Below, piece after piece: positions 30,561 through 43,910 of a stretch of DNA of 64,000 nt. The notes below the pieces were generated by a model, which saw only the letters and a program-made list of their open reading frames with translations, had not been told where the DNA came from and did no database searches. Source of the DNA: the human T2T-CHM13v2.0 reference genome, Homo sapiens. Position 1 is the stretch's first letter. The number at the start of each line of letters is the position of its first letter. The DNA lies in NCBI GenBank assembly GCA_009914755.4, contig CP068257.2:21024001-21088000 (forward strand), written 5' to 3'. Both the position numbers and the translations under genes were made by a program.

Positions 30561-33512
30561 ATATTTTCAATTTGTGATGCGTTTATTGGGATATAATTCC
30601 ATGTTAGTTGAGGAGCGTATTTACATATGTGTGTATGTGTATACACACACATATAATCTCGAGTTATTTCATCAGCCTATATGTCTCTAATCTTACAGCA
30701 CATATAAATTGTTACAGATATTTTTGTTGTCCTCATGTATTTTATATACCATTCACATGCTTTTACCCATTGTCTTCAGTTAACATCTCATAGAGCACTG
30801 ATGCTGTCTCTTCATTTTTGTGTGTGTAGAACTCTGTCTTTAGTAAGTAAACATTTTTGACCAGGCACTTAAAGTTTTGATTAAACATATTAATTTATCC
30901 ATGCTCATTTCTATTTTATAGCACGTTATTAATTTAAAAATTAAGTCAACTGGGCTTTAACACTTAAAGATATCTCAACAGAAGCCAAAGGTACTAAACA
31001 TCAAAAAACAAGAAATGATTTTTTTTTGTAACATTTTAACTTATATTTTAACTTTCAGTCACAATTGGGAGACTTATGACCTTTTAGGGTTTTCCAAATC
31101 ATCTAAGAAACAGTGATTTCAAATAAGTTTCATCTGTGATCCTGCCCAGCAGAACGATGTGGGTAATTTAAAAATTACATGCCATGATCAATCTGCCAAG
31201 AGTTTCCTCTATTACATTCACTGACATTTCCACAGTGCACAGACACATTTGTAAGAGAACTTTGTACAATGAAATGAATTAGATTAATGGAAGAGAAGAG
31301 GAGTCCTAAATCCATATAGGCATATTTTGTTGAAACAATTTCTGCAAGTTCTTTTGACAGAAGGAATTCTTCTTTAAATGTCATACTGAAAACTACAAAA
31401 ACAGACTTGTCCTGATTCTGAGTATACTCACAAGAGTGTTTCACTCATCCACTCTTAGAAAACATTTAATAATCAATTGTAGTACATTAAATTCTATTTG
31501 TATGATATGAAATTTAAGAGAGATATTAGAAAAACATGCCTAATCAAACATTTATTTTATTGGTTTTAACACTACACCAAACACATTTCTATTTTACTAA
31601 TAAAAATTTTTATTCAAAGACATTTTTCTCAGATACAGGGATATGTAATTATATTACAGAAATAAGTCTGATTGATAGATTCAGAAATGTTTAAATGGAA
31701 GAAAACCAATAATCTCTCATGTAACTTGCCTGTGGTATAGAGCTAGTTATGCCAAGACTAGTTATAAGATGGTTTTATAATTTTACATTTTTATTTTATA
31801 CTATTTCTTATATTTATTTATGAAGGGATAATTCTTCTGCCTTCAGTTTAGTTTAAACCTTGTTTTGCTTATGACATATAATACAGTGTTATCTCTAAAT
31901 GATTTACTGATTTGTCTTTTTAAAAATATTTCTAACCTTTATATAAGAAACAAAAATAAATATACATGTAAAATGAAGCACTTTGAATCACATTTTTGTC
32001 ATTAATATTAGAATTATAATAATATTTAATAGTGGTTTATATGAGCTAATATGAATATTCAAAAAATGGACTGACTCATGCTACACACTCACTAATTGCT
32101 AGATCTGGACTTATTTTTTTGCTGTTGCTGTTTTATGCTGCTGTTGTTTTATCACTATTTTATTGTTGTAGTCGTTGCTGTAAAACAAAGTAATACATAA
32201 AAATAAGATGAACGTGACCTTAGATCCAGCTTAACATTTAATTATCTGACCTAAACAAATTGCTCAACTTTTGTAGGAATCAATTTCTGTCATGTATGAT
32301 ACAAAAAACCTGGAGTATATAACTTGTAACAAAATATCCTATGATAAATAACTGTATTTCCCATAGGTCATTATTTTAAAGAGTTTACTTGACAATATTT
32401 TGAAAGTTGAGTATATACCTCATGAGGTACAGGTACATATAACCTCAAATACAAAGAAAAAATACTACAAAAATAAACATTAAATAAAACATTTACTAAA
32501 AATAAAAATTACTAAATGCTGTGACAAAATTTCATCGGTGAGTATTTTCACTTGTTTGAAAATTATAGCTTCTGAATTGCATAGTTTGGTAGCCATGTTG
32601 GACAACAAAAGAATAAGCCTATTTTAGATTATCATTTTGTAACATGTTTTAATGAGACTGCCTCTCATATTTGGAAAAAAATGTAGAAAATATTTCTGGT
32701 CAATAATGTTACACTTTAATTCCTTGGAGCATACTTTGCTATTAGGTCTATATATTTACAACAGGACACAATTACAATGCCAGTTAATGCTATTACTATT
32801 TTCAAATAATATACCATTCTTCATCCATAAAATCTATTTGTGTTTTTTAGCTTTATTGAAGTATAATAATATATTAAAAAATTTCACCCATTTAACTTAT
32901 TCATGTTGATGTTTGGACATGTTTTCTGTTTTTTTTAGGTTTGGCAAAAAAACGTATTACTTTACTGAGGTATAATTTATATCCAAAAACCTTTACATTT
33001 TTAATTTATACAATTTAAATATGAATCTGAAGTTACGTATGTTCTGTATTTAAATATTACTAATTATTTGAAAACAAAAAAAGTCACAAACTTTACATAG
33101 CAAAGTTCAGCTGAACAATTTTCTTAAGAAGAAATATATATGAGTAAAAAAATCAGACAAAAAACTGCTTCTAACAATTCACATGTAGTGTATGGTGGAA
33201 AGCTCTATAGATTGTCTTCACATAAAATGCTTTAAAATTATAAAAGCCAAAATAATGTCCCTTCATTACATCACAGACTTGTATATTTCTACGTATTCCT
33301 GTATTTACTTTTCACCACCTGAATGTGCTGAAGTGTCAATATGTCATCATTATGTTTTACAAGCAAATTGGCCCTTTCAAAATCATTGGTCTCTGTGTAC
33401 TAATGACAATTATAAGTTCTTATTTTGTTTATATATCTATTTACATGTTAATAATGAGCTATGATAATATTTCTCTTTTCCCCTGTTGTATAGTAAAATA
33501 TAAACTATTTAG

Positions 33513-33805
33513 GGCCTGGTGAAGTAGCTCATGCCTGAAATCCCAGCAATTTGGGAGATCAATGAGTGGGGATTCCTTGAGCTCACGAGTTTGAGATCAG
33601 CTGGGGCAACATGGTGAAACTCCATCTTTACGAGAAAAAAAGCAAAAATTAGCTTGGTGTGGTGGTGCACACCTGTAGTCCCAGCTGCTCCAGAAGCAGA
33701 AGTGGAAGAATCCTTTGTGCCAGGGAGGAAGAGATTGTAGTGAGCCAAGATGCCTGGGTGACAGAGTGAGACCCTGTCTCAGAAAAACAAACAAACAAAA
33801 CCTAG
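33513..33805 (+). mobile_element. Alu SINE (AluJ-like)
   Basis: ggcctggtgaagtagctcatgcctgaaatcccagcaatttgggag...gtgagccaagatgcctgggtgacagagtgagaccctgtctcagaaaaacaaacaaac. Confidence 0.85.
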
Positions 33806-33837
33806 TTAGGATTGTTTACTTTTTCCCAAGCAAAATT

Positions 33838-33880
33838 ATTTATTTATTATTTATTTATTTATTTATTTTTATAAATTTAG
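33838..33880. repeat. (TTTA)n microsatellite
   Basis: ttatttatttattatttatttatttatttattttt. Confidence 0.8.
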
Positions 33881-34795
33881 GGAATATAATTGCAGTTTTG
33901 TTACATAAATTTATTGTGCAGTGTTGAAGTCTGGGCTCTTAATCATCACCTGAATAGTGTACATTTTACCAATTGGGTAATTTCTCATCCCTCACCTCCT
34001 CCTACCCTTCCACCTTTCTGAGTCTCCAATGTGTATTATTCTACTCTCTGTATCCACATGTACATAGTAATTGGTTTATTTGAGATTATTGCTTTCTTTG
34101 CTATTACCCATGCACATTCTACATTTACCTCTTCACATCAGATAATCTCCTATTTCTATTTTATAAAAATACTGAATGTATGAAGAAATACAGGACTTTT
34201 ATCTTAGTCCAGTATTTCTCCCAAAACTGTAAACATTAAGTATACAGTCTGAATATTAAAATTAAGTAAATGGACACAGAAAGATTCTTAAAAGTTCAAT
34301 AAAGATCACATATTCAAGTAATTAACAAAGAAAAATGATTGCATACACATAAAAGCAAGTAGAATATATGTTTTAAATTTTTTGAGTTTTACTTACTCAG
34401 TTTTATATATGCTGACAGTGAAACACATAATTCCTAGTTTTCAGTAGAAAAAATAAAGAAAGAAAGGCATGTGGGAGTATGATTATTATTAGAAATTAAT
34501 ATAGCAGCTGCCATGCATACCAAGGCATTCCTCAATAATATTGTCCTCAGGTCAAGACTTGCTCTTTGTCATATGACAATACTTATTTCTTCTAGAAACA
34601 GGGGAAATATTATTGTCTTATTAGGTCATAATAGGGGTAGCAAGGCTTGTTTCAAGAAATAATATATCTAAATAACATCTTAGGAGGGAACAAATATATA
34701 AATTATTATCTTCATTGTTTACATTCTACTCTAAAGCAAGATAATTCTTTCCATTGTTTTGCAATTAGAAAAACAAAATTATTGTCAATACTTAC

Positions 34796-35095
34796 TTTTT
34801 TTTTTTTTTTTTTTGAGAGGAGTCTCACTCTCTCACCCAGGCTGGAGTGCAATGGCACAACTTTGGCTTACTGCAACCTCCGTCTCCCAGGTTCAAGCTA
34901 TTCTCCTGCCTCAGCCTTCTGAGTAGCTGGGACTACAAGCGTGCACCACTATGCCCGGCTAATTTTTCCATATTTAGTAGAGACGGGGTTTCACCATCTT
35001 GACCAGGCTGATCTCAAACTCCTGACCTCAAGCAATCTGCCCACCTCAGCCTCCCAAAGTGCTGGGATTACAGGTGTGAGCCATGGCGCCTGGCC
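34796..35095 (-). mobile_element. Alu SINE (AluS-like)
   Basis: Poly-T18 then gagaggagtctcactctctcacccaggctggagtgcaatggc...ggtgtgagccatggcgcctggcc. TSD tcaatactt on both flanks. Confidence 0.9.
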
Positions 35096-36293
35096 ATCAA
35101 TACTTCTTAATGGGAAGAATCTATAATCAAATTGTATCAATAAAGCTTGAACCTGAATAGCTGAAACATTTTTCCTGTTTCTTTGTTACAAAACTGAATA
35201 ATGCATGAAATCAAAAGGGATCTTTTGAGTTGTTTTGAAATAATTTTGAAATACTTGTGGGTAGTATATGACAATTATTATTAGATTTAGAAGAAAACTA
35301 AAGAATGTTGAATAAACAATTAATATTTTCCTTTAAAATTTTTGAGCATTGAAATCTTTGCCATAAAAATGGAATCAAGAAACAAATTAAGATCTTAGCA
35401 AACAACCAGCACTTTCCCCTGAGATTTGGTCAAGGCTTCTCTTAAAACGCAATAATAATCAAGTGAGTAACTAGGGCAATATTTTGATTACAATTCAAAA
35501 TAAATTGTAATCATGGAAATAGACTGTTTCCTGACAGAAAATTGTTCAGAGCAGTACAGACTATAATCATTACAGTTCTCTAGACAAAACAAAAAGAGAT
35601 AGATAGATATTGGAGAGAGACAGAGAGAGAAAGGGAGTTTATTATGGGAATTGACTCACACCATTATGGAGGCTGAGAAATTCCATGATATGTCACCTGC
35701 AAACTGTAGAGCCAGGAAAGTTGGTAGTATAATTTATCTGAGTCTAAAGGCCTGGTAACCTAGAAGGCTGCTGATTTAAGCCCCAGAGTCCAAGACCAGA
35801 AAACCAGGAGTTCTGATGTCTAAGGGAGGAAGAATACAAATAGCTCCAGAAGAGAGAAAAAATTCACCCTTCCCCTGCTTTTTTGTTTGATCCAGTCCCT
35901 CAGTGGACTAGGTCATGCTCCTCCACACTGATAAGGGTAGATCCTTCTTACTCAGTCCATGATTCAAATGTTAATCTCTTGTGGAAATGCCCTCACTGGG
36001 ATACCCAGAAATAATTTTTTATCAGCTGTCTGGATATCCCTTAACCCGGTTAAGTTGACATTTAAAATTAACCACTACAGGGATGTCAGCTAAAGAACCG
36101 TATCATCTTGCCAAAAGTCCTCAAATATTAAAGCCATGGCTCTGGAATTTTCTAAGGATCTAAGGATTCAAATTTTAAAAGTATGTTTTACATATATAAA
36201 TGCTATTTACTGTAGCCAGTTTACCAAGTGAGGTCCAATGTATGATACCTTAAAATTGCATGTTTACATAGCCATAGGTATATTTCAAGGTGT

Positions 36294-37358
36294 ATGATAT
36301 AGTGTGGCTCTGTGTTCCCACCTAAATCTCATCTCAAATTGTAATCCCCAGGTGTCAAAGGAGGGGCCTAGTGGGAGGTGATTGAATCATGGGACAGTTT
36401 CCCCCATGCTGTTCTCATGTTAGTAACTGAGTTCTCACAAGACCTGGTGCTTGGCAGTTCCCCACCAACCCCACCCTCCTGCTGCCATGTAAGACATGCC
36501 TCACTTCCCCTTCACCTTCTGCCATAATTGTAAGTTCTCTGAGGCCTCCCCAGCATTGTGGAACTGTGAGTCAATTAAACCTCTTTTCTTCATAAATTAC
36601 CCAGTCTCGGGTAGTTGTTTATAGCATTACGAAAATGGACTAATACAGAAAATTGGTACCAGGAAAGTGGGGCACTGCCAAAAAGATAACTGAAAATGTA
36701 AAAGTGACTTTGGAACCGGGTAAGAGGCAGAAGTTGGAACAATTTAGAGGGCTCAGAAGAAGACAGGAAAATGTGGGAAAGTCTGGAACTTCCTAGAGAA
36801 TCGGAGGGCTCAGAAAACAGGAAGATGTGGGAAGGTTTGAAACTTCCTAGAGACTTACTACATGGCTTTGACCAAGATGCTGACAGTGATATGGACAATG
36901 CAGTCCAGGCTGAGGTGGTCTCAGATGAAAATGAGGAACTTACTGGGAACTGGAGCAAAGGTCACTCTTAACTATGTTTACACTTTGTCCCTGCCCTAGA
37001 GATCTGTGGAACTTTGAACACGAGAGAGATGATTTAGGGTATCTGGGAGAAAAAATTTTGAAGCTGCAAAGCATTCATTCAAGAAGTTCCCTGACTGTTC
37101 CTAGCAGTGTACAGTCAAATGCATTCACAAGGATGGTCTGAAATTGGAACATGTTTAAAAGGGATGCAGAGCATAAAAGTTTGGAAAGTTTGCAGCTTGA
37201 CCATGTGGTAGAAAAGAAAACCCCATTTTCTGGGGAGAAATTCAAGTTGACTGCAGAAATTTGCAGAAGTAAAGAGAAGCAGAATACAAAGACAATGGGG
37301 AAAATGCCTCCAAGGCATGACGCAGACCTGCACAGCAGCCCCTCCCATCACAGACCCA
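36294..37358 (+). mobile_element. MST/THE1-type MaLR: 5' LTR 36294-36657 plus 3'-truncated internal region
   Basis: LTR tgatatagtgtggctctgtgttcccacctaaatctcatctcaaattgta...aaatggactaataca. Internal gaaaattggtaccaggaaagtggggcactgcc...gacaatggggaaaatgcctccaaggcatgacgcagacctgcacagcagcccctcccatcacag. Confidence 0.8.
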
Positions 37359-38067
37359 CATTTTCTGTGTTATTAATACCCTATTCAAAGTTCATAAAAG
37401 CTAACTAAATCTTCTTTAATCGTCCACTTAATTCTGAAATATAATTTAGAAATAGTTGAGAGTTAGCTGTACATCTGTATACCAATCCTATATATACTTT
37501 GTATGCACTAATATATAAAGTATATGACTGTCTGTAGAGATAGATAGAATATGTAATCATTACTTGATGTTCTACTACCTGCCAGCTGGCATGACTAGCA
37601 AGAGATAGTTTTATATTACTTTTACATTTTTTATTCCAATGAGAACTTGATAATAAAGACAACCAAATAGTCATTACATAGATGCAAACAAGCATAATAA
37701 CTTCTCTAGTAATCTTTCTTTATTTTGGTGTTACAGTTTATTTTATGTACCTTCCCATAATTGTAGTCTGTTTTATATTTAATTTTTCTTCTATGCCTCT
37801 TAATTACACGAGTCTCTTGGAATACAATTTTAGTCCTATAAAAATTCTCTTCAAATTATTACCTAATAAAAGGAGGTTTGAAGTGTGTGCAGTCAGAAGA
37901 ATGTGAAGCCATAAGCAGAAGAAGGAAGTCCTATTTTTAAGTTAAAAAAGTCTATGTATTTTTGACAAATATTTCAAATTAGTTTCATCCTTGGTAATTT
38001 GGGATGTATTTATAATATCCATGGAAATATTCGTAAGTATATCACTTAAGTTACATTTTATTTTATT

Positions 38068-38478
38068 TTAGATTGGAACTAATACAATATTACCATAATC
38101 TGTTTAAGATTCCTATAAATAAATTATATTCCTATAATTTATAGGAATACTTATGGAATATAATTAATTCCTATAAATAAATTATATTCCTATAATTTAT
38201 AGGAATACTTATGGGAATATAATTTATTCCTATAAATAAATACAATAATTATTTATAGATTATTATAAATAAATTATATTTTATGTAATTTATTAAAATT
38301 ATAGAAATGTCCTATAAATAAATACAATAACATAGATTCCTATAAATAAATTATATTATATATAATTTATTAAATTCATAAGAATTTCCTATAAATAAAT
38401 ACAATAATTATTGTATTGTATTAGATTGGAACTAATACAATATTACCATAATCTGTTTAAGATTCCTATAAATAAATA
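38068..38478. repeat. AT-rich minisatellite and tandem-duplication block with palindromic motif
   Basis: About 55-bp direct repeat attggaactaatacaatattaccataatctgtttaagattcctataaataaat at 38071-38125 and 38419-38473. Interior holds ~58-bp tandem units (38110-38167, 38168-38226) and at least 8 copies of (t/a)tcctataaataaat. Contains perfect 9-bp-arm inverted repeat ttcctataa-t-ttataggaa twice. Confidence 0.7.
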
Positions 38479-39789
38479 GTATGTGACTGATAAGTGATAT
38501 TAACTCGTTATCATATGCAACCCATAAATGTACGGATGTCTAATTAACATATTTACAGTCATAATCTTCTCTGTATTAGATAAAAATTAAAAAATCTAAT
38601 TTTTGATTGTCAAGGTAACAACCAGAAAAGTAACAGAAATAATGCATAAATACATTGCCAATAACATATTCTTTGTATTTTACTTTGTATTTGTGCTTAC
38701 ATGAAAATTAAAATAAACATGTTATATTAATAGTTATAAATTACATTTTTGTTGTAACTGAAGTATTGATTTCTTTTATCTCTTAAAATTAAAAAAAAAG
38801 ACAGTTTAATGCCTCCATACATGTCTTTCATTCACAGATATTGGTATAACTTCTCAAAAATGTAAACATGCAGACAGAGGAGAGGAAACTGTAAAACATA
38901 CTCATCACAAGTAATCACTACTCATTATCTAAGCATTTTCTTTTTCTCAGAAATATCTTTAATCCAGCTTTATAAAAATGACATTGATTATATTATAAAA
39001 TGATATTGATAGTGATTTTATTTGTTAAACTCTAATAGCTAAAATAGAGTTTAAAAATTGTAAAAATCAGTACTAAGCAAATTGTTTAATTAAGGTAATT
39101 TGTTCTGAAAATACATTCTTTGTGATGATTATTTTTCTAATTATTGCCTAGATCTATGTTGTTTAATAGAACCTTTTTTTTACTATATAAATACAAATTT
39201 ATACTTAGAATAGCTAAATAGTAAGAACTCTAAAGTCATGGCCTTCAAATATACTTAATACATTTTGCCATGCATATTAAAAATACTAAAACATACTGTA
39301 AAATATTTTGTATTTTATTTTAGTGGATAGTTATATAACCCAAAAGGAATAAGGTAAGCTATAATGGATTTGTCTGTAAGTGCTGGAAGGATTTTTATCT
39401 GAAGCTGCTGGTATTATAAGAAAAGAACTTTTATGTGTGTTATCTCATGAAGTTTATATAAAAGAATAAAACATAGATTGAAGTAAATACCACTGTAAAC
39501 AAAAGAGGATCCTTTCAACTTAGAATTCTTATCAAAATATATGAGTACACTAAGGAAACTAAAAAGTAAAAACTACATGTATTTATGAAGGTTCAAGTTC
39601 TTTAAATTTTGAATTTTTGAATGGTATACTATAGATACAAACCAAAGAACAAAAACTAAAATTACCATTTGAACCATCAATTTCATTTCTGCGTATATAT
39701 CCGAAGGAAAAGAAATTTAAAAATTAATTAGAAATTAATTAGAAAAAATTAATCTACCAAAGGAAAACAAAACAAAACAAAACAAAACA

Positions 39790-40262
39790 CTTGCATTCAT
39801 ATGTTTACTTCAGCACTATTCACAATAGCAAAGACATGGAATCAACATAGGTATTCATCAACGGTTGATTGGATAAAGAAAATGTGGTACATACACACCA
39901 TAGAATACTACACAGCCATAAAAAAGGACAAGATCATATTCTTTGCAGCAACATGGATCAACTTGAGGCTATTATCCTAAGTGAATTAACTCAGAAATAA
40001 AAAGTTAAAGACTTCATGTTCTCACTTAGATGTGGAAGCTAAGCATTGGGTAGACATGAACATAAGGATAGAAACAATGAACACTGGGGACTCCAAAAGG
40101 AGGGGGAGATGGCAGAGGGCAAGAGTTGAAAAACTACCTCTTGGGCACTATGTTCATCATTTAGGTGACAGGTTCAGTGGAAGCCCAAACCTCAGCTTCA
40201 CACAACATATCCATGTAACAAACCTGCACAAGTACCCTCTGAAATCAATATTTTAAAAATCA
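39790..40262 (+). mobile_element. L1 3'-end fragment (older L1P/L1M), preceded by (CAAAA)n
   Basis: cactattcacaatagcaaagacatggaatcaacataggt...ggataaagaaaatgtggtacatacacaccatagaatactacacagccataaaaaaggacaagatcat... through 3' UTR-like tail. Confidence 0.8.
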
Positions 40263-41307
40263 ACAATTTTTAAAAAGTAGATTCTTACATAAATGACATA
40301 CAGAAAATACCTACTACAAGTATTGATTAATAAGTGATTAAAATGGTCTAATGGTAAGTGTGAAATTGTGGATGGGATTAGATAGGCATAGCAGAGGAAA
40401 GTAAGAAAAGAAGAGAAGCTATAATAAAGCTTAAAATAATTAATTAGTTATTGGTTAATTAGATACAGTGGATAAAGAGGAAGAATAAGTCAAAATATAA
40501 CTATGTATTTTATAGGGGAGGCAATTTTGAGAAGCATATTGTCATGCTTTAGTTTAAGGAGATTATGAAGAGGCTCTAGATTAAAGCATAAGGTGATCAG
40601 GTCATTTGCATCCATATTAAACTCCGGTTAATAACAGAAAGTGAGCATAAAAACAATCAGTGGGAAAATGAAAAAATGAAGAAAAAGCCTACTTGTTGTG
40701 GGGGCAATGGGACCATTAATAAAAATATCAAGATAAATGCCAATAAAATGAGAAATACTCATGTGAGAGCAAGACTTGAAGAACGCAGAAACAGAAGGAT
40801 CATGTTTTATTGCTCCCAATGCTTCTGACATGAATGAAAGGAAATCAAAACACAAAGATCCAACACATTAAGTAACACATTATAAGCTAGAAATAGAATA
40901 AGGGAAAGTTATATACTTACTGTTAGACTAAAAATGTTCATTTTGAAATTAGCACTAATTGCTTGTTAAAAATGCCAACTCATAAAATGTGACATAATGT
41001 AAAATATCAGTTTCTTAAAAAATCTGAGAAATAACTATGCATTATATTTGCATTGCATGTTGGGAAAACCTGCTCATTCTATTCTGATTTTCAATTTTCT
41101 TTGATTTTTATTATTTTTTAAAGAGACACACAAAATTAGATTGTGAATAGACTCCTATATACATGCTAGAACTTGGTAACTACCAACATTTTGCAGAACA
41201 TGTTTCATCTTAGCCTCAGTCCTCTTTTATTTTTCTGAATATTTTAATGATACTACATTATTTCATGTCTACATATTTTGTAATGGATTTTAAAAATACA
41301 ATTTCTT

Positions 41308-41631
<324 letters not shown>

Positions 41632-42014
41632 TTATAAAACCTTAGTAACTCTATAGCATGTAACAAAATTAGCAATGATTTATCATCATACCTAGTACAT
41701 ATCCAAACTATTAAAATTATTTGTAATATTTTCTCTTGTTAATATTTAAATTTCTTTTCATATGCAAATTTCTAGACATGTTATTATGGCAGAGCATAAT
41801 AAGCCATAGTGTGTCCCATAACTATAACAATTTCATGCCACAAATTATTTAATTTCTCCTCTCTCAGCCTCTTGAACTTCAAATTATTTTTTTAAAAAAA
41901 TCACAGATATCTAGTTTACATCTCTAAATATTTCTGCATACATAACTAAAAATAACAACTCCTGTCACATAAGCAAAATGTGATTATTATGCTTTTTAAA
42001 ATCCAGGTAATTGA

Positions 42015-42728
42015 CATCACTAATCATCAGAGAAATGCAATCCAAAACCACAATAAGATACCATCTCACACCAGTCAGAATGGCTATTATTAGAAAGTCA
42101 AAAAATAACAAATGCTGCCAAGGTTGCAAAGAAAAGGGAACACTTACATACACTGCTGATGGAAGTGTAAATTAATTCGGCCACCATGGGAAGCATTTGC
42201 CCCAACAATCTCATTATTGGGTATATACTCAAAATACAAATGGTTCTACCATTAAGATATTTGCACATGTATGTTCATCACCGCATTATTCACAATAACT
42301 AGGACATAGAATTAACCTAGATGCTGATCAATGGTAGACTGGATAAAGAACATGTAATACATATACACCATGGAATACTATGCAGTCATAAAAATGAATG
42401 AGATCATGTCCTTTGCAGCAACGAGCTGCAGACCATTATCCTAAGCAAACTAACATTGAAACAGAAAACCAAATACCTCATGGTCTCACTTATAAGTGAG
42501 AGCTAAACACTGAGTCCATATGGAGAGAAAGAAAGGATCAATAGATATTAAGGATCTGCTTGAGAGTGAAGAGTGGGAGGAGGGTGGGTACTGACAAACT
42601 ACCTATTGGGTACCATGCTTATTACCTGGGTGACTAAATAATCTGTACACTAAACCCCCACAACACATAATTTACCTACTTCTCAAATCTACACATGCTT
42701 CTGTGAAACTAAAAGTTAAAAAAAATTG
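42015..42728 (+). mobile_element. L1 3'-end fragment (L1PB-like)
   Basis: atcagagaaatgcaatccaaaaccacaataagataccatctcacaccagtcagaatggctattattagaaagtcaaaaaataacaaatgctg... to the 3' UTR. Confidence 0.8.
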
Positions 42729-43849
42729 TAAAATATCCAGCTAACATTTTGTTAATTACTTCATAACTGTCACACGTGCATATGCACACACACACACACC
42801 TTTATATATGGCTAGTGTTTCTATAATGCTTCAAATAAAGCACACATGTTGAAATAGGTTGATTTGTCTTTTAAGTTGCTATTTAGGTATCAATTCTTTC
42901 TCCGGTCTTTTTTTTTTCTCACCTGCAAATTATTTGTTTAGAAATCTGTATGCACAGGAAAGAGTTAATTCAGCAAGTCTGGTTTGCTTCAACCCCACAC
43001 ATTCCCAAGAAAGGCCAATCTTTGCAATTGGCCCTTACCTGGGTTCTGGGAGATGAGCTCTAAAGCTCTTGAAATATTCTGCCTCATAACAGTGTTTTTG
43101 CTGACACCTTTGGGCACAGAACACTAGTTTTATGAGATAGTTTATTAACAATGTGATCTATAATAAATTGCTGTTTTTGCTCTTTGTGACTGAAGTCTGA
43201 GTGTCTGAGGTCAGGCACATAGGTGCTACATACATAGGTAAATGACTCTAAATAAAACACTTGGATCACCCAGCTCAGGTGTGCTTTCCTGGTTGGGAGG
43301 ACTTGTCACACATTGGCACACAGCCTTACTGGGAGAATTAAGCCCACCGGGTAAGTTCATAGGGAGAAGACACGTGGGAGCTTGTGCCTGCTTTCTACTA
43401 CACTTTGGCCCACATGGCTTTTCCCTTTGCTTATTTTTAATCTTAATAATTTTACTATAATAATACTATATTTACGCCACAGTATAACAAATTTTGTGAG
43501 TCCTTCTAATTAATTATTGGCTCTAAGAATAGTCTTGGGGAATCCTAACATACTGTATCATTTATTCTTTGTTTCTCTGAGTCCGGACTTTGCTAACCAA
43601 CTGATGTAGGAGGTCAGACACTATGTCTTGGCTATGTGACTAGAGAGATATAAAAGCCCCCGCAGGAAACATCTGCTTCCTTGAGTGCTCTCCAAGTCTA
43701 GATTTATCACAAAAATCTTGTTGGTTCAATTTCAAGAAGATTAGAGTCCTTGTGGGAATATGAAAGATCCTGGGGAATTGTCGAGGAAGTCTTCTATGTC
43801 TTCTCAAATGTACATGAACTCTTCTTTTCTTACTGTTTTACATTACTAG

Positions 43850-43910
43850 CCTTTGTTAAATCCTTACTATATTACATTACTAGCCTTTGTCAAATCCTTA
43901 GGTGAATACG
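43850..43910. repeat. Small tandem duplication (~33 bp x 2)
   Basis: attacattactagcctttgttaaatcctta then tattacattactagcctttgtcaaatcctta. Confidence 0.6.
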
